From a bacterium (lineage in GTDB: Bacteria; UBA8248): 64,000 bases of DNA. Every line of letters begins with the position of its first letter. The first letter of the stretch is position 1. Positions 56,035 to 64,000 of this stretch are shown one piece after another. The position numbers and the translations under genes are program-made. The DNA is taken from positions 2,976,001 to 3,040,000 of the forward strand of contig OZ242260.1 in assembly GCA_965207065.1 (NCBI GenBank), in the 5' to 3' direction. The notes beneath the pieces were generated by a model. That model was not told where the DNA came from, did not search any database, and saw nothing but the letters and a program-made list of their open reading frames with translations.

Positions 56035-58644
56035 ATGCTCGGCGAATATAGTCCATCCAGTTATGAGGGGAAATGGCAGAATCTGTGGGCGGAGGAGAAG
56101 TTATTCGAGACCTCCGATCACCCGGGTGATAAGCCTACTTACTATTCCCTGATGATGTTTCCCTACCCATCGGGCGACCTACACATGGGTCACGCCTGCA
56201 ACTACACGATGGGTGACGCCATCAGCCGCTACCGGAAGATGCGCGGCTTCGAGGTCTTGCACCCGATGGGTTGGGATGCCCTGGGGCTGCCCGCGGAGAA
56301 CGCCGCCATCAATGCCGGCGCGCATCCCGCCGCGTGGACGAAAAAAAATATCGACAACATGAGACGCCAGCTTCGAATGGCGGGTCTCGCTTATGACTGG
56401 CCGCGCGAGATTTCCACCGCGCATCCGGGCTATTACAAATGGACACAGTGGATTTTCCTCCAGATGCTCGAAAATGGCCTGGCGTATAAGCGCGAGGCCC
56501 TCGTCAACTGGGACCCGGTGGATGGCACGGTTCTGGCGAACGAGCAGATTCACGACGGCATCGCCTGGCGCAGCGGCGCCAAGGTGGAAAAACGCTGGCT
56601 CAGCCAGTGGTTCCTGAAGATTACCGATTATGCGCAGCGCCTGCTGGACGATCTCGATGGTCTCGTCGGCTGGCCCGAGCACGTAAAGCAGCAACAAAGA
56701 AACTGGTTGGGGCGCAGCGAGGGCGCGCGGATAGATTTCAGACTCGAGACGACCGGCGAGACGCTCTCGGTTTTCACCACCAGGCCGGATACGGTCTATG
56801 GCGTCACCTTCATGGTCTGCGCGCCGGAGCACCCTCTAATCGATCAATTGCTGGAGGGGAATCCACAGGCGGATTCCATCCGCGAGGCCGTGGAAGCCAT
56901 GCAGACCCAAAGCGCCGCGGAACGCATGAGCGAAGACAGTGAAAAAACAGGCGTCGATACGGGTCATTTCATTATCAACCCCGTCAATGGAGACCGCGTA
57001 CCCTTGCTCGTGGCCGATTACGCTTTGATGGAATATGGCACGGGCATCGTGATGGGTGTGCCCGCGCACGACCAGCGCGATTTCGTTTTTGCGAGAAAAT
57101 ACGGGATCCCGGTCAAGGTGGTCATCCAGCATCCTGAAGGGGGACTCAATGGCGACACGATGGAGGAGGCATACATCGAAGACGGCGTCATGGAAAACTC
57201 CGGCCCATTCGACGGGCAGCCGAACCGCGAAGCGTATCCAAAGATGATCGATTATTTCGCGGAAAAGTGTTTCGGGGACAAGACAATCAACTGGCGCCTC
57301 AGAGACTGGCTCATTTCTCGCCAGCGTTATTGGGGGGTGCCGATACCCGTCATTTATGAAGAAGACGGCAGCATCACCCCTGTGCCGGACGATCATCTGC
57401 CCGTCATGCACCCGCGTGACGTCGAGTTCACGGGCCGAGGGGGGAATCCCCTGGCTCAGAGCGAGGATTTCGTGAACGTCATCAGCCCGAAAACAGGAAG
57501 GCCCGCCCGCCGGGAGACGGACACGATGGACACTTTTGTGGACTCATCCTGGTATTACCTGCGGTACGTCAGCCCGCGCGACGATAGCGCCGTGTTCCAG
57601 TCGGAAAACGTGAACCACTGGCTGCCGGTGACGCAGTACATCGGGGGCGCGGAACATGCCGTCATGCACCTGCTGTACTCGCGGTTTTTCACAAAAGTGC
57701 TCTACGATCTGGGGCTTGTTTCTTTCGAGGAGCCCTTTGAGAATCTGTTCACCCAGGGAATGGTTTGCAGGATGGCCTACTATGTGGCAGATGCGCGCGG
57801 CCGTGTTTGGGTACCCTATCAGGACGTGGACGAGGAATCTCTTATCGTTACGGCAGACGGCCCGAGCGGCAGCGGCTACGAAGCCGGGCAGAAGGTGCTC
57901 CCCGAGATGGCCTCGATGAGCAAGTCGAAGATGAACGGAGTCTCGATTGAAGAATGCACGGGAAAATACGGGGCCGATGCGGGCCGCCTGTATACGCTGT
58001 TCATCGGTCCTCCCGAGCGCTCGAAGGAATGGCGCGATGATGGATTGATAGGCGTGCACAGGTTCCTGCAAAGGCTTTGGGTTACGTTCGCGGAGCGGCT
58101 CGAAGCCTGGAGGGAGACAGATGCCTATTCCGGAGACGGGAGCGGGTTGACCGCATCCGGGAGAAAGCTCAGGCGCGACGCCCACGCCACCTTGAAGGCG
58201 GTGACGGAAGTTTATGAGCACTCCTTCTCCTTTAACACGGCGGTGGCGCGCATCATGGAACTGGCCACGTCGCTTCGCTCGGAGGCCGAGGCGGACAATG
58301 CGGTGCAGCGCGAGGCGGCCGAGATTCTGCTTCGCTGCATGGCGCCCATGGCGCCTCACGTGGCGGAGGAACTCTGGCAGGCTCTTAGCGGAAGTGGGGG
58401 AGAGGTCAGTATCTTCCGGGTGGCGTGGCCCCAAGTGGATGAATCGGCCATTGCCGCCGAGGAGAAGGAATTCGCCGTGCAAGTGAACGGAAAGACGAGG
58501 CGCACGTTCATGGCGCTGCCGGATGCGCCCGAGGAGGAACTGAAGGAAAAAGCGGAAGCCGTCACAGCTGGTTACATCGGTGATAAAGAGATCGTGAAGC
58601 ACATTGTCGTGCCGGGACGCCTGGTGAATCTGATTGTGAAGTGA
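56035..58644 (+). CDS. leuS: Leucine--tRNA ligase
   Basis: MFPYPSGDLHMGH, FTTRPDT, MGVPAHDQRD, DWLISRQRYWG, SMSKS and VQVNGK motifs. Confidence 0.97.
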   Translation: MLGEYSPSSYEGKWQNLWAEEKLFETSDHPGDKPTYYSLMMFPYPSGDLHMGHACNYTMGDAISRYRKMRGFEVLHPMGWDALGLPAENAAINAGAHPAAWTKKNIDNMRRQLRMAGLAYDWPREISTAHPGYYKWTQWIFLQMLENGLAYKREALVNWDPVDGTVLANEQIHDGIAWRSGAKVEKRWLSQWFLKITDYAQRLLDDLDGLVGWPEHVKQQQRNWLGRSEGARIDFRLETTGETLSVFTTRPDTVYGVTFMVCAPEHPLIDQLLEGNPQADSIREAVEAMQTQSAAERMSEDSEKTGVDTGHFIINPVNGDRVPLLVADYALMEYGTGIVMGVPAHDQRDFVFARKYGIPVKVVIQHPEGGLNGDTMEEAYIEDGVMENSGPFDGQPNREAYPKMIDYFAEKCFGDKTINWRLRDWLISRQRYWGVPIPVIYEEDGSITPVPDDHLPVMHPRDVEFTGRGGNPLAQSEDFVNVISPKTGRPARRETDTMDTFVDSSWYYLRYVSPRDDSAVFQSENVNHWLPVTQYIGGAEHAVMHLLYSRFFTKVLYDLGLVSFEEPFENLFTQGMVCRMAYYVADARGRVWVPYQDVDEESLIVTADGPSGSGYEAGQKVLPEMASMSKSKMNGVSIEECTGKYGADAGRLYTLFIGPPERSKEWRDDGLIGVHRFLQRLWVTFAERLEAWRETDAYSGDGSGLTASGRKLRRDAHATLKAVTEVYEHSFSFNTAVARIMELATSLRSEAEADNAVQREAAEILLRCMAPMAPHVAEELWQALSGSGGEVSIFRVAWPQVDESAIAAEEKEFAVQVNGKTRRTFMALPDAPEEELKEKAEAVTAGYIGDKEIVKHIVVPGRLVNLIVK

Positions 58645-58723
58645 AGGAGGACTCCGGTATCATTTTGGAGCGATAAATCGGGAATAATTCATAACGTCAT
58701 GAATTTTCGAGAGGAGATGGAAA

Positions 58724-59176
58724 ATGGCCGAGCGCCCGACCGAAATGGATGAATTTTTACAGGAACCCCACATGGCGAGAATCGCCACCACGAATGCGGA
58801 TGGTTCCCCGCACGTAATTCCGCTTTTGTATCTGTTCAATCCCGAGGATGCCAGTTTTTTCATCAGCACGGGTGAGGATTCCGTTTCGGCAAGGAATTTA
58901 AGGAGAAACCCGGCGTTTTCCATCTGCATCGACGATGATGAAGCTCCTTTCCGCGCTGTTGTCGTGGAGGGGGAGGCGCAGGTCTCCGAGGTGATGGGTA
59001 AAGACCACGAGGGGCTTAAAAGCGTGGTGGATCACTTTTTTGGGCCGGAGATGTGGGCGAATTACGTAAATACGCCCATCGCGCAGAAAATACGTGTGCG
59101 AATCACCATGGTTCCCAAGAAATGGAAATGGTGGGATTACCGCAGAATGTTGATGGGTTCGGTGACGGTAGACTGA
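58724..59176 (+). CDS. Pyridoxamine 5'-phosphate oxidase-like split-barrel flavin-binding protein
   Basis: ARIATTNADGSPHVIP, RNLRRNP and VVVEGEA motifs; GAGGAG RBS. Confidence 0.85.
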   Translation: MAERPTEMDEFLQEPHMARIATTNADGSPHVIPLLYLFNPEDASFFISTGEDSVSARNLRRNPAFSICIDDDEAPFRAVVVEGEAQVSEVMGKDHEGLKSVVDHFFGPEMWANYVNTPIAQKIRVRITMVPKKWKWWDYRRMLMGSVTVD

Positions 59177-59192
59177 GTTTGCCGATGGCTGG

Positions 59193-59230
59193 AAAGCCCC
59201 GGAGAGGAATCTCCGGGGCTTTTTTCTTTT
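59193..59230. terminator. Bidirectional intrinsic terminator
   Basis: AAAGCCCCGGAGA-GGAA-TCTCCGGGGCTTT followed by a T tract, between convergent genes. Confidence 0.88.
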
Positions 59231-60058
59231 CTATTTCTTTCTCGCCATTTGAATCATACGGGCAAGCTGAGCCGAACTGAGCGCGCCCGGGAAGAGTTGT
59301 TCTCCCACTACGAAGGCTGGTGTGCCGCGTATACCTAGCGAGCGCGCCAGAGCGCGGGTTTTGCCTATCTGGGCCTGGATGCCTGGCGCTTGCATGTCCT
59401 TTTTCAGGCGAGCCGTGTCGATGCCCACCGCTGTGGCGATTTTCATGATGCTCGCTTCGTCATAGGAAATTTTAGCCTTCATGAGAGCCTTGTGAAAAAC
59501 TATATATTTACCCTGTGCGCGTGAGGCGAGCGCCGCCCGGGCCGCCAATACGGAATTAGGTCCCAGGACAGGGAATTCCTTGTAGACGATGCGGATTTTG
59601 TTATCTTTTGCGAGCGCTTCATTTACGACTGGGGCCACACGTTTGCAAAACCCGCATCGGTAATCAAAAAACTCCACAATCGTCACATCTCCGTTGGGGT
59701 TCCCGCCAACGGGGTCATCGGGGTCCTCATAGATTTGTTTCCTGTTTCTCAGGATAGAGGTTTGGGCCGCAGCCAGGCGCTTTGCTTCTCGCTTTGTTCT
59801 TAAAGCCCTGATGGCCTCCTCAAGCACTTCAGGGTTTTCAATTAGATATTCTCGGATGATTTTCTCGATTTGCCTTTTGTCGATGCTTTGCGCCATGAGG
59901 GTGGGGGCGGGCGCTGCTTTTGGTTTGGCTTCGTTCGATGCGAGTGCTATTGCGGAGAGTTTCTCATTTTTGCTATTCGCGGATGAAAGCAGGAAAACGA
60001 CGGAGAAGAGTATTCCGCCGGCAAGCAATAGGGCGGTAAAGCCCGTTTTTTTCGACAT
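59231..60058 (-). CDS. DsbA family (ScsC/Com1-like) thiol-disulfide oxidoreductase
   Basis: IREYLIENPEVL, EFFDYRCGFCK, KEFPVLG and GIRGTPAF motifs; N-terminal signal or anchor. Confidence 0.92.
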   Translation of the reverse strand: MSKKTGFTALLLAGGILFSVVFLLSSANSKNEKLSAIALASNEAKPKAAPAPTLMAQSIDKRQIEKIIREYLIENPEVLEEAIRALRTKREAKRLAAAQTSILRNRKQIYEDPDDPVGGNPNGDVTIVEFFDYRCGFCKRVAPVVNEALAKDNKIRIVYKEFPVLGPNSVLAARAALASRAQGKYIVFHKALMKAKISYDEASIMKIATAVGIDTARLKKDMQAPGIQAQIGKTRALARSLGIRGTPAFVVGEQLFPGALSSAQLARMIQMARKK

Positions 60059-60202
60059 TCGAATGTCCTTTCATTCAGGTAAAGCGACTGAAGTACAAAC
60101 ATGGACCCGCACGCGCGAACCGCGCCCGCGCATGTTATGATGCCGCACCATTTTAGGCAAACGAATTAATTCTGCTCTGCATACGTTCTTGGAGGGATAG
60201 GA

Positions 60203-60712
60203 ATGGGTTGTAATGTCGCACGGCTTGGTCACATGGGAATCCACGTGAGTGATGTTGAACGCTCCATCAAGTTCTATCGTGAGGTGGTGGGGTTGAAGCT
60301 GACTGGCAAATGGGGTCCTCCGGATTTCTTTCGCCCGATCTGTTTCATGCGCTGCGCGGAGAAACACCACACCCTGGTTCTATTTGAGTTGCCAGATGAC
60401 GCCGTGAAAGCCGGGTTGACGAAGACCGACTCCGAGCATCGAACGGATGTCGGATTACACCATATCGCTTTTGAGGTTGATGACCGAGAAAATTGGCTTC
60501 TCGCTCAGGAACACGTGAAATCCTGTGGCGTGGAGTTTGTCTCGGGTCCCTATGTTCATGCGCATGAAGGGTTGGATGAGAACGGGTTTATCGGCGGTAG
60601 CGGGAGCCATGCTTTCTACTTTTTAGACCCTGACGGCAATCGGATAGAAATTTATTGCTGGATGATGCATGTCACCAAGCCGAGCGTTTCCGCTCCCAAC
60701 CCCGATCTTTAG
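60203..60712 (+). CDS. VOC (glyoxalase/extradiol dioxygenase) family protein
   Basis: LGHMGIHVSD...FY, HH, GLHHIAFEV and FYFLDPDGNRIEI motifs. Confidence 0.9.
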   Translation: MGCNVARLGHMGIHVSDVERSIKFYREVVGLKLTGKWGPPDFFRPICFMRCAEKHHTLVLFELPDDAVKAGLTKTDSEHRTDVGLHHIAFEVDDRENWLLAQEHVKSCGVEFVSGPYVHAHEGLDENGFIGGSGSHAFYFLDPDGNRIEIYCWMMHVTKPSVSAPNPDL

Positions 60713-60734
60713 AAACGGAAAGGTTTTTTCGCAC

Positions 60735-61787
60735 ATGAGTCAAGATAAAGAGCGCATCGTCAACGCAGACGCTCTGCGCGATTTGATGGAGCGCATCCTG
60801 ACGGCCGCGGGGTGTTCGCACGAGCAATCGATGGCGACGGCCGACGTATTGATAGAAGCCGACCTCAGGGGGTATTCCACCCACGGCCTCATTCGCCTGC
60901 CGAACATGATCCGGAGAATCCAGAGCGGGATGATTAACGCCAATGCCAGACCCCACGTCGTGCACGAGCGGGAGGGGTCCGCGCTGGTGGAAGGCGACCG
61001 CGCAATGGGACCCGTGGGCGCAACCTATGGCGCGAGCATTGCTGCCAGAAAGGCGGAAAAGGCCGGTTCCTGCGCCGTGGGTGTCGTGAACAGCGACCAT
61101 ATCTGCATGACGGGCTATTACGCTGAACGCATCGCCCGGGCCGGCTGCGTGGGGATTGTCGCCGGCGTCACGCAGCCGCTCGTGCATCCATTCGGGGGCG
61201 TGGAGCGCCTTATGGGCACGAACCCTTTTTCAATAGCCGTTCCAAAGGGCGGGGACGAGCCCGTACTCCTCGACTTTGCGACGAGCGCCATTCCTTACGG
61301 GATGATCTTGAAGGCGAGCGTCACGGGAGAGCCTATTCCGGAAGGCGTGGCGGTAGGGCCGGATGGAGAACCGACGACGGATGCCAAAACGGCCGCCTCG
61401 GGTGCGGTTGCGCCTTTCGGGGGGCACAAAGGCTATGGCCTTTGCCTGTTGATCGGTCTTCTGGCGGGGCCATTGCTCGGAGCCAAGGTCGGCAAGCCTC
61501 TCAGCCAGTCGGTGCAAGAGGGACATTACGACAAGGGGGATTTGTTCATTGCCATCGACCCCTCCGCATTTGGGGATCCGAAAGTGTTCAGGGAGATGGT
61601 CGATTTCCATGTCGCCGAGGTCAAGAACACACGCAAGGCTCCTGGCGTCGAGGAGATTCGCGTGCCGGGGGAACGCAGCTTCAGGGAAAAGGAAAGAAGG
61701 CTGCGGGAAGGAATCCCGGTGGATGATGGCGTGTGGAAGCAGGTGGGGCAGATCTCCGACGAGCTCAAAGTGGCGATGCCCGTCTGA
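60735..61787 (+). CDS. Ldh_2 family oxidoreductase (type 2 malate/L-lactate/sulfolactate dehydrogenase family)
   Basis: ADLRGYSTHG, MGTNP, LDFATS, GGHKGYGL and RVPGE motifs. Confidence 0.92.
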   Translation: MSQDKERIVNADALRDLMERILTAAGCSHEQSMATADVLIEADLRGYSTHGLIRLPNMIRRIQSGMINANARPHVVHEREGSALVEGDRAMGPVGATYGASIAARKAEKAGSCAVGVVNSDHICMTGYYAERIARAGCVGIVAGVTQPLVHPFGGVERLMGTNPFSIAVPKGGDEPVLLDFATSAIPYGMILKASVTGEPIPEGVAVGPDGEPTTDAKTAASGAVAPFGGHKGYGLCLLIGLLAGPLLGAKVGKPLSQSVQEGHYDKGDLFIAIDPSAFGDPKVFREMVDFHVAEVKNTRKAPGVEEIRVPGERSFREKERRLREGIPVDDGVWKQVGQISDELKVAMPV

Positions 61788-61942
61788 TGCCGATGCGAAT
61801 TACATGCTCCTGATGGCTCGCCTCAGTTGCGCTTCGTTTTATACCGAGGGCTGGTGTCTCCCGAAGAGATTTTTCATCGCCCGCGCTTGTGAGCGGGGGG
61901 CCTGGCGTCTCACGTCTCCGAGTGTGAGGGCGGAATTTTGTA

Positions 61943-62764
61943 ATGGCTGATTTTTTTGCTCGTGTCGTAACCTGGGTGGAACAAGAAAACCACAGGTTCA
62001 TCAGGATATTGCGAGGCTTGAGCGAGCAAGGGTGGCGCGCGTCCACCTTTTGTCCGGGCTGGTCTGTGGCCGACGTGGTGGCGCACATGACGCTGGGCGC
62101 GCGTTTTTATGCGCACGTTATCCCCGCAGGCGCCGCCGGACGCCTGGAGATGCCATTCGGCGCGGCGGATATGGAATCGTTCTGGTCGTACCGAAAAAAA
62201 GTGGGGGATGAACTCGTTGCGCTCTCGGACGAAGAGTGCATAGACGCTTTTGGCGAATCCGTCTGGGGGCTGCAGGAAGTCTTTGAGGGGGTTCAGCCTG
62301 ATAATCTTGACAAACAAGCCTGGCACTGGCTCGCCCCATGCCCGATTCGTACGTTTCCCGGGCAAAGGCTCTATGAACTGATTCTCCACGACTGGGATAT
62401 TCGGAATCAGCCCGATGGCGATTTGCATGCACCGTCCCTGCCCGTTGCGGTGGATTGTCTCCTCGAGCGTTTCCCCATCTTCTTCGGTGCGCGGGGGGAT
62501 AAGGATTTCAGCGGAACCATCTGCTTTGAAACAAACGAACCCGAACGCAAATGGGCGCTCCGCATCCAAGAGGGGAAATCAGAAATCTTGTTGTCCGATG
62601 ATGGGTATTGCGACGCGCGCGTCGTATGCTGCGGGAGCGACCTGGTTCTGCTCACCACGGGCCGGGCGAGCCTGGAGCATAAGGAAAGAGCGGGTCGCCT
62701 CCGTATCGAGGGCGACAGGGCGAAGGCTACCAGAGTGCTCGAGGTTTTGAGCCGGCCCTTTTGA
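61943..62764 (+). CDS. Maleylpyruvate isomerase-family (MDMPI/DinB-like) protein with C-terminal SCP2-like domain
   Basis: TFCPGWSVADVVAHM, ELILHDWDI and GRLRIEGD motifs. Confidence 0.85.
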   Translation: MADFFARVVTWVEQENHRFIRILRGLSEQGWRASTFCPGWSVADVVAHMTLGARFYAHVIPAGAAGRLEMPFGAADMESFWSYRKKVGDELVALSDEECIDAFGESVWGLQEVFEGVQPDNLDKQAWHWLAPCPIRTFPGQRLYELILHDWDIRNQPDGDLHAPSLPVAVDCLLERFPIFFGARGDKDFSGTICFETNEPERKWALRIQEGKSEILLSDDGYCDARVVCCGSDLVLLTTGRASLEHKERAGRLRIEGDRAKATRVLEVLSRPF

Positions 62765-62778
62765 CGCCCGCCGCGAGC

Positions 62779-63999
62779 TCAAGAGGTCCCTCGGGGCGTT
62801 TCATAGACGAACAGGCTCATGAAGATGCAGAACAGCAGGCCGATCGCTATCCCGGCGAATGGGATCATGTAGCTTCCCGTATAGTCGAAAATGAAACCCG
62901 CCAGCGGAGGGCCGATGAATCCGCCGAGACCAAAGAAAATTTCGAGCAGTCCGATAGTGGCGCCGAACGAGGGACCCCTGAACGCATCCGCGGACATGGA
63001 GGAGTAGCATACGCTCATTCCCCCGAGGCCCATACCGTAGACGAAAATAAAGACCCAGCCCATCAAGATTTTCGACGACACATGGGGGATGGAGAGCAGT
63101 ATCACTATTCCGCAGACCGTTATGAAAGAGGAGAGTCCCTGTGCGCGCTTCCTGCCGATGAAATCGCTGAGCCAGCCCATGGAAAACGTGGCGAGCATCC
63201 GGATCGCGCCCAGCATTCCGAAGAAAAAAGCCGCCAGAGCCGTGCTGTATTCGGCGTCGACCAGATACAACTGGAGTTGGCTCAATATAGAGTTGTTGTT
63301 CAACCCCATGAAGAAGACGATGATGAGGAGCGTCCAGAAATTTTTCTGCTTGCAAACCTGGCGAAACACTTGAAATAAGGGAGGGCTGTGCAATTTTTCG
63401 CTTGATTTGGTTGCTGAATGGGCGGGAGGTTCGGATTCCCCGTCGATGTATTGGTCCACATCCTCGGGCCCTCTTCGAAGTAATAGCGCCGTAATGGGAA
63501 CGACGATGAAAAGTACGGCAAAGCCGAAAATCAGATAGGTCAGGCGCCAGCCTTTCGTGGAGATCAACCATTCGATGAGCGGTATGAAAAGCAGTATTCC
63601 CGTCCCGCTGCCCGATAGGGCAAGCCCCGTGGCTAGACCCCGTTTTTTCTGAAACCACTGCGGCATGAGAGCGCTGTGCATCGCAAAGCCGCTCAGCGCC
63701 ATCCCGAGACCCACGAACAGGCAGGGAACGAGGTAGACGTGCCAGAGTTCGCTGATGAAATAGGCCAGCGTGAAGCCGACACCGACGAGAACAGACCCCC
63801 AAGGCATGACGGCGCGCGCGCCTTTTTTGTCGAACAAGTTACCCGTGAAGGGACTGACCAACGCGTAGCTGCCCAGCATCAGGGCGTATGCCCCGCCCAG
63901 GGCGCCGCGTCCCCAGCCGAACTCCTGAATCAGGGGAACTTGAAAAATGGAAAAAGAAAAACGCGCCGTTTGATGAAACGCCATGGCAGTGAAGGACGT
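62779..63999 (-). CDS. MFS transporter (5' end beyond the window)
   Basis: EFGWGRG, GNLFDKKGAR, WFQKKRGLATG, GWLSDFIGRK and GFIFDYTGSY motifs; the frame is open to the window edge. Confidence 0.9.
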   Translation of the reverse strand, partial: TSFTAMAFHQTARFSFSIFQVPLIQEFGWGRGALGGAYALMLGSYALVSPFTGNLFDKKGARAVMPWGSVLVGVGFTLAYFISELWHVYLVPCLFVGLGMALSGFAMHSALMPQWFQKKRGLATGLALSGSGTGILLFIPLIEWLISTKGWRLTYLIFGFAVLFIVVPITALLLRRGPEDVDQYIDGESEPPAHSATKSSEKLHSPPLFQVFRQVCKQKNFWTLLIIVFFMGLNNNSILSQLQLYLVDAEYSTALAAFFFGMLGAIRMLATFSMGWLSDFIGRKRAQGLSSFITVCGIVILLSIPHVSSKILMGWVFIFVYGMGLGGMSVCYSSMSADAFRGPSFGATIGLLEIFFGLGGFIGPPLAGFIFDYTGSYMIPFAGIAIGLLFCIFMSLFVYETPRGTS

Positions 64000-64000
64000 G

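Noticed and set aside
57910-57930. LeuS SMSKS instead of KMSKS
   Set aside because: The catalytically important second Lys is retained, and first-position variants occur in class I synthetases.

Overview
A 64 kb gene-dense segment of a high-GC, Gram-negative-type bacterium, dominated by solute transport and organic-acid/CoA metabolism. It holds three Liv-type ABC modules (two in tandem), an Fbp/Afu-type binding protein and permease, class I and class III CoA-transferase-fold proteins, a divergent B12-dependent acyl-CoA mutase large subunit, an aldehyde:ferredoxin oxidoreductase, a SuyAB/UxaA-like pair, SDRs and peptidases. It also carries a FitAB/VapBC toxin-antitoxin pair, a secreted ankyrin protein and core genes (queE, rlpA, hflX, mgtE, leuS). 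I found no rRNA, tRNA, CRISPR array or intact transposase. Most notable: (1) a CoA-transferase-fold alpha subunit with an in-frame TGA followed by a SECIS-like hairpin, a candidate selenoenzyme whose beta partner appears to lack the canonical catalytic Glu; (2) a mutase with an unusual active site in a 9.5 kb co-oriented cluster; (3) a probable ATC start codon for hflX; (4) nested MITE/REP palindromic elements; (5) a candidate multibranched ncRNA at about 25.57-25.76 kb; (6) a porin gene broken by a frameshift and a TAG. All family assignments come from motif recognition by eye; no database search was run.
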